Positions 47,918 through 57,093 of a DNA stretch of 64,000 nt are shown here, in pieces. Positions within the stretch are counted from its first letter, which is position 1. Each line of letters opens with the position of its first letter. The position numbers and the translations under genes are program-made. The notes under the pieces were generated by a model that was given only the letters and a program-made list of their open reading frames with translations, was not told the DNA's origin and searched no databases. Source of the DNA: a bacterium (GTDB lineage: Bacteria > Patescibacteriota > Minisyncoccia > Phycocordibacterales > UBA6899); the NCBI GenBank assembly GCA_043756865.1, contig JAYUQG010000019.1:33772-97771 (forward strand), written 5' to 3'.

Positions 47918-50900
47918 ATGCACGCGAGCAAGAAATTTGATGAGGCATACCAGAGTCTCAATACGGAGCAGAAAATAGCAGTCGATACTATCGACGGACC
48001 CGTGATGGTCATTGCAGGTCCCGGTACAGGGAAAACACAAGTACTCGCACTTCGCGTCGGAAACATTCTCAAAAAAACTGATGCACGCCCCGGCAATATT
48101 CTTTGTCTCACATTTACTGATGCGGCGGCTATCAACATGCGAGAGCGTCTTGCGCGACTTATTGGCGCAGAGGGCTACAAGGTTGCCGTGCACACCTTTC
48201 ATAGTTTCGCGAGCGATATCATCGGTGCATATCCTGAATACTTTTATCATGGAGCTGACTTTCTTCCCGCCGACAACCTCAAGCAACTCGAAGTACTGGA
48301 AGAAGTATTTGCAGAACTCCCTCGCAGTAACCCACTCGCGTCAAAGCATGGAGACGAATACACCTATTTACGCGACGCGAAAAAGGCAATTCAATCACTC
48401 AAGCGTGCAGGACTGACACCTGAAGAATTCAGTGCAATCATAGAAGAAAACAAAAAGAGCCTTGGAGTAATTTCTCAAGGCATAGACGGTGTGTTTGCTG
48501 ATAGGTTATCTCAGAAAAGCATTGCGTTGGCAGCAGATCTTGCGGCATCACTGGCACGCCTGCCCGAGCAAGCGGGTGCCACGACGCGCACGCTGTCCCA
48601 CACGGTTGCAATTTCACTTACGCGCGCAGTTGCACTCGCACAGGAAGAGGAAAAGACGGCACCACTCTCGGCGTGGAAGGAAAAGTGGGCCAAAAAGAAT
48701 GAGGAGGGCGAACGTGTGCTCAAAGATGCACTCTATGTTGAAAAAATGGAGGCACTGATGTACGTGTACCGTAGGTACCGCGAGCTCATGCACCGTGAAC
48801 GGTATTATGACTTCGACGACATGCTACTCGACGTCGTCTGCGAATTATCCAAAAGCACATCACTGCTTTCGGACTTGCAGGAACGTTATCAATACATTCT
48901 CGTCGACGAGTTTCAGGACACCAACGATGCGCAACTACGCCTTGTGCGACTCCTTGGTAACGCGGAGGTTAATGAAGGAAAGCCAAACATTATGATTGTC
49001 GGCGACGACGATCAGGCAATTTATCGTTTTCAAGGTGCAGAGATTTCTAATATTCTAGATTTCCCAAAACAGTTCAGCGCACATGCACTCGTGGTGCTCA
49101 CAAAAAACTATCGCTCGACACAACACATCCTCGATGTCGCACGAGAGGTTATTGAGAAAAGCGAAGAACGTCTTGAGTCTGTTATCCCTACACTAGAGAA
49201 GAAGCTAGTCGCATCGCGACCTGAGCTCGGAGCAGGCAATATCGTCCACATGTTGTTACCAACACGCACCCACGAGTATGCCTATATTGCGCGGGAAATA
49301 CACGACCTCATCGACAAGGGGCATGATCCTTCTGAAATTGCGATTATCACGCGAAAGCATCGCGAGCTCGAAGACGTAGCACGCGTACTGGTGAGTGCGG
49401 GAATTCCTATCAACTACGAGCGAAAGCAAAACGTATTTGAGGAACCGCACGTAAAAATACTTATAACGATGGGGCGCTTCGTCTCGTCACTTATGCGTGA
49501 TGGTAAGGTGCCCGCCGACCACTTACTCCCCACCATTCTCTCAGCACCGTTTTGGGGACTTTCTCGTGAAACTATTTGGGACATATCCGTCAGTGCCGCA
49601 ACACGTATTGACCGCATGTGGCTCAACGCCATGCGTGAGCATCACGATACCAGTGTCAGAGATATTGCGAATTGGTTCATACGACTCGGGGCTGACTCTC
49701 ACCACGACCCACTTGAGCGCATACTCGACGAACTCATCGGCACCGAGGACGTACTCCTACCAGGCGGAGGAGGGGAAGAGGAGACCCATGAGACTTCCGC
49801 AACCCCCCATGCAAAGTCAAAGCGCGTGCGCTCATTCAAGAGTCCATTTCGTGAATTTTATTTTGGTAATGATGCACGAAGTGGCGCGGAATCAACGTAT
49901 CTGCTATTTCTCTCAAGTCTTCGCGTCTTCATGAACACACTGAAAGTGTTTAAGAATGGAAAGCCACTCTTTATTAACGATATCGCGCTTTTTGTAGATA
50001 TGCATGAACGGCACGACATCGCACTTCCCGACACAACCCCATTTGTCAGTGCGAAAAAAGCCGTACATTTGATGACTGCACACAAGGCGAAAGGGCTTGA
50101 GTTCGAAACCGTCTTTGTTGCCTCATGCCAAGAAGAAATATGGGCGGGGCGAGGTTTTCCAAATAAACTTCCATTTCCGACAAATCTACCCATCGAGCCG
50201 GGGGAAGGGGGCGACGACAGGCTACGCATCTTTTACGTCGCAATGACACGTGCGAAAAAGCATTTGTATATCACCTCGTACCGCAAAAGTGACTCAGGCA
50301 AGGACTCGTTGAAAATCGGCTTCATCGTACCAGAGACAGACGGGGGCGCTATTGCTACGCACCTCTATGAGCAAGAGACCGTTATTTCTGCAGAGGAAAT
50401 AATGCGTGACATGTCGGAACACACCGTGAATCCTGCATATTTTTCCGTCACTCTCGGTGAACGCGCAATACTCGAAGAGCGGGTAAAGGATTATCACATG
50501 AGCGTCACACATCTCAATAATTTTCTTGATGTAACAAACGGTGGTCCTGCATATTTCTTGGAACAAAACCTGTTGAGCTTCCCGCAAGCGAAAAGCCCGA
50601 GTAGTGTGTACGGCTCCGCAATGCACAAAGGAGTCGAGCGATTTTATACGGAATTGAAAAAAACAGGAAAGGTGCCGTTGGAGGATAAATTGCTCGCGGG
50701 ATTTCGTGACGAAATGAAACGTGGACGCATCACCGAATCAGAGTATAAACATTTCTTGCGTGCGGGTGAAGAAGCGCTGCCTGTGTGGTATCGCGAGCGA
50801 GGAAAATTTGCCGACAAAAAGCACTACTCGGAGTTTAATTTCAAGGGGCAAGGTGTCGTTGTCGACGGTGTGCCCATAGTTGGGAAAATAGACAAAATGA

Positions 50901-51289
50901 TAGAGAACGATGGCGTCATGCAGGTCTGTGACTTCAAAACAGGCAAGGTCAAAGAAAACTGGGAGGGCAAGGATGCGCGTGAAAAAATCACACTTACTAA
51001 CTATCGACGTCAGTTGCTGTTTTACAAGCTACTGGTCGAGCACTCACATACATTTGAACGTTGTCGTGTCGAAACAGGCACACTGGAGTTTCTCGAGCCC
51101 AAAGAAGGCAAAATCTGTGAACTAGCGCTTAATTTAACCGACACCGAGACAGAACGCCTTGCAAAGCTTATCGTTGCGGTTCATGCAAAAATAATCGCAC
51201 TGGATTTTCCAGATGTATCGGCATACACAAAGGACCTCGCAGGAATTCTGCAATTCGAGGAGGACCTACTTTCTGGTGTGTGCGTATAA
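47918..51289 (+). CDS. UvrD/PcrA-family helicase fused to C-terminal PD-(D/E)XK nuclease (AddA/AdnB-like)
   Basis: AGPGTGKT, VDEFQD, VGDDDQAIYRFQG, NYRS, TAHKAKGLEF, YVAMTRAK; C-terminal GKIDK..CDFKTG..QL..Y. Confidence 0.93.
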   Translation: MHASKKFDEAYQSLNTEQKIAVDTIDGPVMVIAGPGTGKTQVLALRVGNILKKTDARPGNILCLTFTDAAAINMRERLARLIGAEGYKVAVHTFHSFASDIIGAYPEYFYHGADFLPADNLKQLEVLEEVFAELPRSNPLASKHGDEYTYLRDAKKAIQSLKRAGLTPEEFSAIIEENKKSLGVISQGIDGVFADRLSQKSIALAADLAASLARLPEQAGATTRTLSHTVAISLTRAVALAQEEEKTAPLSAWKEKWAKKNEEGERVLKDALYVEKMEALMYVYRRYRELMHRERYYDFDDMLLDVVCELSKSTSLLSDLQERYQYILVDEFQDTNDAQLRLVRLLGNAEVNEGKPNIMIVGDDDQAIYRFQGAEISNILDFPKQFSAHALVVLTKNYRSTQHILDVAREVIEKSEERLESVIPTLEKKLVASRPELGAGNIVHMLLPTRTHEYAYIAREIHDLIDKGHDPSEIAIITRKHRELEDVARVLVSAGIPINYERKQNVFEEPHVKILITMGRFVSSLMRDGKVPADHLLPTILSAPFWGLSRETIWDISVSAATRIDRMWLNAMREHHDTSVRDIANWFIRLGADSHHDPLERILDELIGTEDVLLPGGGGEEETHETSATPHAKSKRVRSFKSPFREFYFGNDARSGAESTYLLFLSSLRVFMNTLKVFKNGKPLFINDIALFVDMHERHDIALPDTTPFVSAKKAVHLMTAHKAKGLEFETVFVASCQEEIWAGRGFPNKLPFPTNLPIEPGEGGDDRLRIFYVAMTRAKKHLYITSYRKSDSGKDSLKIGFIVPETDGGAIATHLYEQETVISAEEIMRDMSEHTVNPAYFSVTLGERAILEERVKDYHMSVTHLNNFLDVTNGGPAYFLEQNLLSFPQAKSPSSVYGSAMHKGVERFYTELKKTGKVPLEDKLLAGFRDEMKRGRITESEYKHFLRAGEEALPVWYRERGKFADKKHYSEFNFKGQGVVVDGVPIVGKIDKMIENDGVMQVCDFKTGKVKENWEGKDAREKITLTNYRRQLLFYKLLVEHSHTFERCRVETGTLEFLEPKEGKICELALNLTDTETERLAKLIVAVHAKIIALDFPDVSAYTKDLAGILQFEEDLLSGVCV

Positions 51290-51324
51290 AAAAACAGCCC
51301 CTCATGGGGCCGCTTGCGCGTGCA

Positions 51325-51849
51325 TTACGGCTTGCGTTTGACCTTGAGCCAGCCTTCGAGCTGGCGGTTGATGATGCCTTCGCGGTATTCCTTGGAAAGT
51401 ACTTCGCCTGAGGTGCTCTTGAAGGTCAGATTCTTGACCCGATTACCGTCTTCGACCTCGTGTATCGTGACGCTTAGCACCTGCGCGCAGTCGGCGGGAA
51501 GCTCGTAGTTCACTGGCGTACCAGTCCAACGCGAGATTCCACGCGTACGCAGAGTGGACGAATCCTGCCCATGCGGGACCCAGCGAATGATGCCTTCGAG
51601 GGGGCTCACATCCTTGAACTCCTGCGTGTAGACGTAGCCGTCGTCCGCCGTGAACGTCACATCTTTGATGGTCGAACCGGAGTCCTTTTCCTTGTGGAAA
51701 CTGACTCCGATGACTTCCTTCATGTGCGCGACCTCAAGCACCTGCGCATGTTCACGTCCCATGAGTCGCGAGACATCACGTCCGCAGCCGGAGACGGCAA
51801 GTGTAGATGAAATTGCGAGAGCAAGAGCTATAGTGGAAAAGATGCGCAT
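51325..51849 (-). CDS. putative lipoprotein with an internally duplicated beta domain
   Basis: Lipobox-like LAVSGC; repeats VIGVSFH..IKDVTF..DG.V..QEFK..LEG and VLSVTIH..VKNLTF..SG.V..KEYR..LEG. Confidence 0.7.
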   Translation of the reverse strand: MRIFSTIALALAISSTLAVSGCGRDVSRLMGREHAQVLEVAHMKEVIGVSFHKEKDSGSTIKDVTFTADDGYVYTQEFKDVSPLEGIIRWVPHGQDSSTLRTRGISRWTGTPVNYELPADCAQVLSVTIHEVEDGNRVKNLTFKSTSGEVLSKEYREGIINRQLEGWLKVKRKP

Positions 51850-51966
51850 GAGTACACACTCCATTGGTTGAGAAGAAGCCACGGTAATTATAGCACAAAT
51901 AGTTGACAAAAGCAAGTATCGTGGTAGTTTTGATGCTTAGATACAGTCACCTAGGGGAGTAATGTT

Positions 51967-52299
51967 ATGGCACTTGTCGAAATCGACCATGTTCTGGGCA
52001 CGCTCGAAAAAGAGTTCAGTGTCTGTCTGACGCTCAAGCAGCGACAGGAAGCGCGAGGCATTTACGGTGTCATGGTGCGACTTGCACTCATACACACGCT
52101 CAAGTCAGAAACTCTGCGCATGATTTTCAGCAAGCTGAAAGACCTGCCCGAGGGTTACGCACATGCCGAGCAAATCATGTTGTTTGCGACACCCGATGAG
52201 TGCAAACACATACAAGTTGCGCAAGCCGTATCCCAAGCGATAGGCAGGGCAGCGCGAACGTCGCAAAGCAATGGCAACTTCCCCCCGCTCTTTTCGTGA
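51967..52299 (+). CDS. hypothetical protein
   Basis: 110-aa ORF with GGGGAG SD and upstream TTGACA-N17-TAGTTT. Confidence 0.55.
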   Translation: MALVEIDHVLGTLEKEFSVCLTLKQRQEARGIYGVMVRLALIHTLKSETLRMIFSKLKDLPEGYAHAEQIMLFATPDECKHIQVAQAVSQAIGRAARTSQSNGNFPPLFS

Positions 52300-52349
52300 G
52301 TACAACCGTCAACTTGGCGGTTTTTTTGTATCTCCACTACAATATAGGA

Positions 52350-53864
52350 ATGGCTAATCTCAGGCAGACTCTCTATGCGTGGCGAGACAATGAGGCGGCG
52401 ACACGGGGTGTCGAGCTTTTTCGCATACTCCCGAATACTGCCCTCGAAGAGATTGTACGCAGTGTCCCCAAGACGAGAGAAGAGTTAATGGCCATCAAGG
52501 GCATTAAGGATGCGAAGTTCGCTCAGTTTGGGCAAGTCATTCTTGGACTTGTGGCGAATCACACCGCAACTGCACTACATGGAGATGTCGCACCGAAAAC
52601 TGATGATGTGCCACCCGCGCAAAAAGAAGAAAAGAAGGCATTTTCGGTTAGTGCATATCTCGACATCATCAACAGGGAGTTGTGGAGACTGCGCGCACGC
52701 GTGCAGGGTGAAGTCACGAGTTTTAAGTTTCAAGGTAGCGCAGTGTACCTCGCACTGAAAGATGCAGCGGACGACAGCACCCTCAATGTATTCATGTGGA
52801 CGCGTGACCAAGTGCTCTCCGGCATTGAGCTCCGCGAAGGACTCGAAATTGTTATTGAAGGAAGATCAGAAATCTACAAACCCTCAGGGAGATTCAGTTT
52901 TCGTGCTGAGACAATGGAGCTCGTAGGCGAGGGTGCGCTAAAAAAAGCATACGACACGCTGAAGAAAAAGCTGGAAAGCGAAGGACTCTTTGATGTTGCG
53001 CGCAAGCGCGCGCTACCAGAATTTCCGGAGCGTATCGGCCTCATCACCTCGCGCACAGGTGCGGTTATACATGATTTTTCGACAAACCTTGGGAGATTTG
53101 GCTACACGATTTCATTTGTAGACTCGCGCGTTGAGGGCACACTCGCAGTGAAAGACATTCTCAAAGCAATTGAACTGGTACAAACAAAACACATAGACGT
53201 ATTGGTGCTCATACGCGGAGGGGGAAGTTTGGAGAGCTTACAGGCCTTCAACAACGAAGCAGTGGTCCGCGCACTTATCGCTGTGCCTGTTCCAGTGATT
53301 TGTGCTATTGGTCATGACAAGGACGTACCACTCGCACAACTCGTGGCAGATTTTGCACCATCGACACCCACTGCAGCCACTACATTACTTAATAAATCGT
53401 GGGAGGATGCGCGTCATGAAATGCGTCTACACGAGCGAGAAATAGTCTCTCGTTATGAACGTGTGCTCTGGTCAAACACCGATGTTATCGCAAGCACTGT
53501 GGCACACATAGAAACATTCTTTGGGCGAATCATAAAGCCAATAAAAGCGTTAACGCAAGATTTCGAAGGACACACACGTACACTCGAGTCTTGGTTTGCA
53601 ACCACTCAAAGAGAACTCCAAAATACAAAAAAGGAAATGTTGCGCCTTTCTGAGCGCGGACACAGCGTACAGAGTGCACTACTTGAGGCATGTACTAAAT
53701 CTCTCGCAATGCACGACCCCATGCGCCAGCTAAAACTGGGCTATAGCATTCTCCTTAGGCAGGGAAAAGTCCTGCGTTCGGTAAAACAACTCGCCCCGGG
53801 GGACAATTTTGATGCACAGCTTTCCGATGGTACACTGTCCGCAACACTCAACCACAAGGAGTAA
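52350..53864 (+). CDS. xseA: exodeoxyribonuclease VII large subunit with N-terminal HRDC domain
   Basis: HRDC LYAWRD.EA...ILPNTALEEI..PKT.EEL..IKGI..KFAQFG; XseA SVSAY..VQGEVT, GLITS.TGAVIHD, IRGGGS.ESL..FN, AIGHDKD, TPTAAT. Confidence 0.92.
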   Translation: MANLRQTLYAWRDNEAATRGVELFRILPNTALEEIVRSVPKTREELMAIKGIKDAKFAQFGQVILGLVANHTATALHGDVAPKTDDVPPAQKEEKKAFSVSAYLDIINRELWRLRARVQGEVTSFKFQGSAVYLALKDAADDSTLNVFMWTRDQVLSGIELREGLEIVIEGRSEIYKPSGRFSFRAETMELVGEGALKKAYDTLKKKLESEGLFDVARKRALPEFPERIGLITSRTGAVIHDFSTNLGRFGYTISFVDSRVEGTLAVKDILKAIELVQTKHIDVLVLIRGGGSLESLQAFNNEAVVRALIAVPVPVICAIGHDKDVPLAQLVADFAPSTPTAATTLLNKSWEDARHEMRLHEREIVSRYERVLWSNTDVIASTVAHIETFFGRIIKPIKALTQDFEGHTRTLESWFATTQRELQNTKKEMLRLSERGHSVQSALLEACTKSLAMHDPMRQLKLGYSILLRQGKVLRSVKQLAPGDNFDAQLSDGTLSATLNHKE

Positions 53865-53883
53865 TATCCACCACCTAAACACC

Positions 53884-54093
53884 ATGACAAAGTCACAAAC
53901 AAATCTCACTGACGCAATGAAAAAGCTGCGGGGGATTATCGAATGGTTTGAATCGCAAGACGAAATAGATGTCGAAAAGGGACTGGAAAAAGTGAAGGAA
54001 GGGGCAGTACTCCTAAAGCTTTCAAAAGTCCGACTAAAGGAACTTGAAAATGAATTTGAAGATATCAAAAAAACGCTTGCCGATAATGACTAG
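53884..54093 (+). CDS. xseB: exodeoxyribonuclease VII small subunit
   Basis: Follows xseA; AMKKLRGIIEWFE..DVEKGL..VKEG..L...RL..LE pattern. Confidence 0.85.
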   Translation: MTKSQTNLTDAMKKLRGIIEWFESQDEIDVEKGLEKVKEGAVLLKLSKVRLKELENEFEDIKKTLADND

Positions 54094-55837
54094 GGGTTAC
54101 TGGGGTGAAAGGTTGGCGCGCACGTTCATTGTGTTCGCGCTCGTACTGTTTCCACACTTCGCAATTGCGGACAGCGAAATCATCAGCGCGTTTACGACAC
54201 ATTTTGAAATTAATGTGAATGGAAGCGTTAATGTTCAGGAAGAAATCGTATATGATTTCGGTCCAAACGCCGTAAACAAGCATGGTATTTACCGCGAAAT
54301 CCCCCTACAGTTTTCGATACCGGGTGAGCGTACGGCGCGGCAGATTGAGATTTCGAGCATTATGGTTACTGACGGAAGGGGTAATCTGAGACCATCCCAA
54401 TACACTGGAGGCGGAAATTATGTCTCACTCAAAATAGGTGACCCTGATGTCACGGTCACCGGACCCCAGCTCTACGTTATTCGTTATACCGTATGGGGTG
54501 CATTGATTTCGTTACCTGATAAAGACGAATTTTATTGGAATACCACTGGAGAAAAGTGGGCTGAGCCCATACTACGCGCAAGAGCTGAAGTAGTGTTGCC
54601 CGTACCCGCACAAACCGAACTTATATCGCACGTCTGTTATGCGGGGCCACCACAAAGTGACCTACGCTGCACAAGCACGACGACACCCGATACGATTGCC
54701 ACAGAGTCGCGCATGGTGGTCTTTGAGGAAAACGCGGGCCTCGCTCCCCATTTTGGAATGACAATTGCGGTAGGGGTACCAAAAGGCATATTCAATGTCC
54801 CTGCCGCAAAATTTACCCCCGAACCGGACACCAGCACATTTTGGGGGAAGTTGCGCACTATTTCGTTTGTATCCACATTACTGATTCCCATTGCCACCTT
54901 TGTTGCGATGTGGAGAATTTGGTCAAAACGCGGACGTGACCCAAAAGGCAGAGGAGTAGTAATTGTCGCATATGATATTCCCAAACACTTAGGAGTGCTC
55001 GAACTTGCATACCTGAGCAAGAACACCCTCGAACACAATGCACTTTCCGCCGCGCTTGTAGACCTCGCGATTCGCGGATATCTAACTATCGAGCGCATCG
55101 TCACAAAAAAACTTTTCATTGACACCGAAGACTTCCGGATTACATTCCTGAAAGAGGTAGGTACAAGCAAGTTAAGTATTGCGGAGAAAATTCTCTATAA
55201 CGAGTTTCGTGACCATGGGGACACACTGCTGCTCTCATCGCTGTCACACAAGCTCACGGGGTTAAGCGCTATACTCGGAACACAGGTTGCGGAAGACCTC
55301 ACACAAAAGGGGTACTACACGGAGAATCCTATCAAGGTGGGGCAGAATTATTTTATTGCTGCGGTAGGATTATTCTTTTTTGGAATGTTTATTCCACTGC
55401 TCAACATTGCTATCGTTATGAGTGCAATCATTATTTTTGTGTTTGCCCTATTGATGCCTAAACGCACTGAGGACGGTGTGCTGCTGGTGGAGGAGATTGC
55501 GGGATTCAAGGAATATCTTTCTGTTGCAGAGAAAGACCGAATTGACTTTGTGAATGCACCAGATAAAGACCCGAAGAGTTTTGAGCGTTTTTTGCCATAC
55601 GCAATGGTGTTTAAGGTGGAAAAAGCATGGGCCTCCAAGTTCAAGGATATTTATACCAACAAAGACTCTGCACATTGGTACAGCGGATCAGGTGCCTTTA
55701 ATGCCGCGACACTTGTTGCAGGTATGGACGCGTTTGATACGAGCACTGCTTCTGCTTTTTCGTTAGAAGGTGGCGGTTCTAGTGGAGGCGGCTCCGCGGG
55801 AGGAGGTGGTGGGGGCGGCGGAGGAGGAAGTTGGTAG
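54086..55837 (+). CDS. DUF2207 domain membrane protein
   Basis: NGSVNVQEEIVYDF..HGIYREIP, EFYWN, GRDP, LVDLAIRGYL, FERFLPYAMVF, Gly-rich tail ending GGGGSW. Confidence 0.92.
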   Translation: MTRGYWGERLARTFIVFALVLFPHFAIADSEIISAFTTHFEINVNGSVNVQEEIVYDFGPNAVNKHGIYREIPLQFSIPGERTARQIEISSIMVTDGRGNLRPSQYTGGGNYVSLKIGDPDVTVTGPQLYVIRYTVWGALISLPDKDEFYWNTTGEKWAEPILRARAEVVLPVPAQTELISHVCYAGPPQSDLRCTSTTTPDTIATESRMVVFEENAGLAPHFGMTIAVGVPKGIFNVPAAKFTPEPDTSTFWGKLRTISFVSTLLIPIATFVAMWRIWSKRGRDPKGRGVVIVAYDIPKHLGVLELAYLSKNTLEHNALSAALVDLAIRGYLTIERIVTKKLFIDTEDFRITFLKEVGTSKLSIAEKILYNEFRDHGDTLLLSSLSHKLTGLSAILGTQVAEDLTQKGYYTENPIKVGQNYFIAAVGLFFFGMFIPLLNIAIVMSAIIIFVFALLMPKRTEDGVLLVEEIAGFKEYLSVAEKDRIDFVNAPDKDPKSFERFLPYAMVFKVEKAWASKFKDIYTNKDSAHWYSGSGAFNAATLVAGMDAFDTSTASAFSLEGGGSSGGGSAGGGGGGGGGGSW

Positions 55838-55876
55838 CAATTTAATTTAACATTTTAGTACAATAACAACACACAT

Positions 55877-56080
55877 ATGGATACAGAGATACTAAAAAAA
55901 CTGGAGAATCTTGAGGCAAAAATTGATGCAATTTATGTTTCCACAGAACAGACGCGGAAATATTTCTTTTGGACTATGGTACTCACCGTAGTGGTGTTTG
56001 TCGTTCCACTTATTGGTCTTATGTTTGTGATTCCGACATTTATTTCAAGCTATACCGCAGGGATGGAGGGGTTGATGTAG
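55877..56080 (+). CDS. small membrane protein
   Basis: KIDAIYVSTEQTRKYFFW followed by TM helix. Confidence 0.75.
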   Translation: MDTEILKKLENLEAKIDAIYVSTEQTRKYFFWTMVLTVVVFVVPLIGLMFVIPTFISSYTAGMEGLM

Positions 56081-56131
56081 GGTGGGCTGATGTTTAAACA
56101 AACTCCCCGCATAAGCGGGGGAGTAGTGTAT

Positions 56132-56416
56132 TCATTCAACGCACGCGAGGTGGTGAACCTTGGCGCGATGTACTTCGATGACTTTTCGGATTGCGTCCTT
56201 GAGATTGCGCGATTCTGTCCCACATGGATCGCTTACATGCTTGCAACGCTTGATTTCTGTTTCGAAAAAACCTTGAGGAAAACGATGTTCTTCGAGCATC
56301 ACCATGAAGTTTCCACCACTGTTGTTGACGCGGCACACATAAGTATCACCCTCGTACATGGCACTTACGCTTACGATGCGTAATGCCTCATCGGGATTGT
56401 ATTCGCCAATTTTCAC
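56132..56416 (-). CDS. hypothetical protein
   Basis: 94-aa ORF with GGGGTG upstream and a hairpin terminator at about 56102-56124. Confidence 0.45.
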   Translation of the reverse strand: MKIGEYNPDEALRIVSVSAMYEGDTYVCRVNNSGGNFMVMLEEHRFPQGFFETEIKRCKHVSDPCGTESRNLKDAIRKVIEVHRAKVHHLACVE

Positions 56417-56519
56417 TTGTCACCCCATGCTTAGTCTTTATGTATTCTAAAACAGAGAATTATCCTCTGACATCTGTCACCCCAAAGAATTGTGTGTTCT
56501 TACGAAGAGTGCAATATGC

Positions 56520-56936
56520 CTAGACCTCATCAACAGTCCAAACTTTTGGATTTTCTGTCTCGTGCGCCCAAAGTCCCACGACCGTGACCACAAGCTCGGG
56601 ATCAATTTCTTGAATCAGTTTTTTTGTCGTTTCCACATCACTTGAAATGCACACACAATGTGCGTCATGGTCGATGGGGTTTCCCGCGCAATCATCGTGT
56701 CCTACGACAGAGACCGTACGAGAGCCGTGGTTTATTATTGAAATTTCAAGCTTACGCTTTAGCCATGCGCGCTGTTCAGGGGTCATATTGAGCTCAAATG
56801 CATCCATTCCTGGTTCGGTAATGGAGTCGATAAAATCGAGGCCATATTTCGCTTTCATCCACGTCACTGTAGCATCGAGCGAGCGCCCGTCCATGCAGTT
56901 AATCGTCGTTCCGAATGTTAAATTTGCATGTGCCAT
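56520..56936 (-). CDS. small beta-class-like carbonic anhydrase
   Basis: Zn ligands INCMDGR and GHDDCAGN. Confidence 0.82.
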   Translation of the reverse strand: MAHANLTFGTTINCMDGRSLDATVTWMKAKYGLDFIDSITEPGMDAFELNMTPEQRAWLKRKLEISIINHGSRTVSVVGHDDCAGNPIDHDAHCVCISSDVETTKKLIQEIDPELVVTVVGLWAHETENPKVWTVDEV

Positions 56937-57093
56937 GATGAAGTGATTAGCGAGTGATGGGAAAGAGTATACTCCTAGTCCGACAAAAGCAAAAGACCAG
57001 CATTGCGAGTGCTAACTACTGGGGTATGAAAAACCTCGCCCGTGGGCGAGGTGCGATTGGAAAGTACAAACTGTCAGTGCGATGAAGCGCTAA

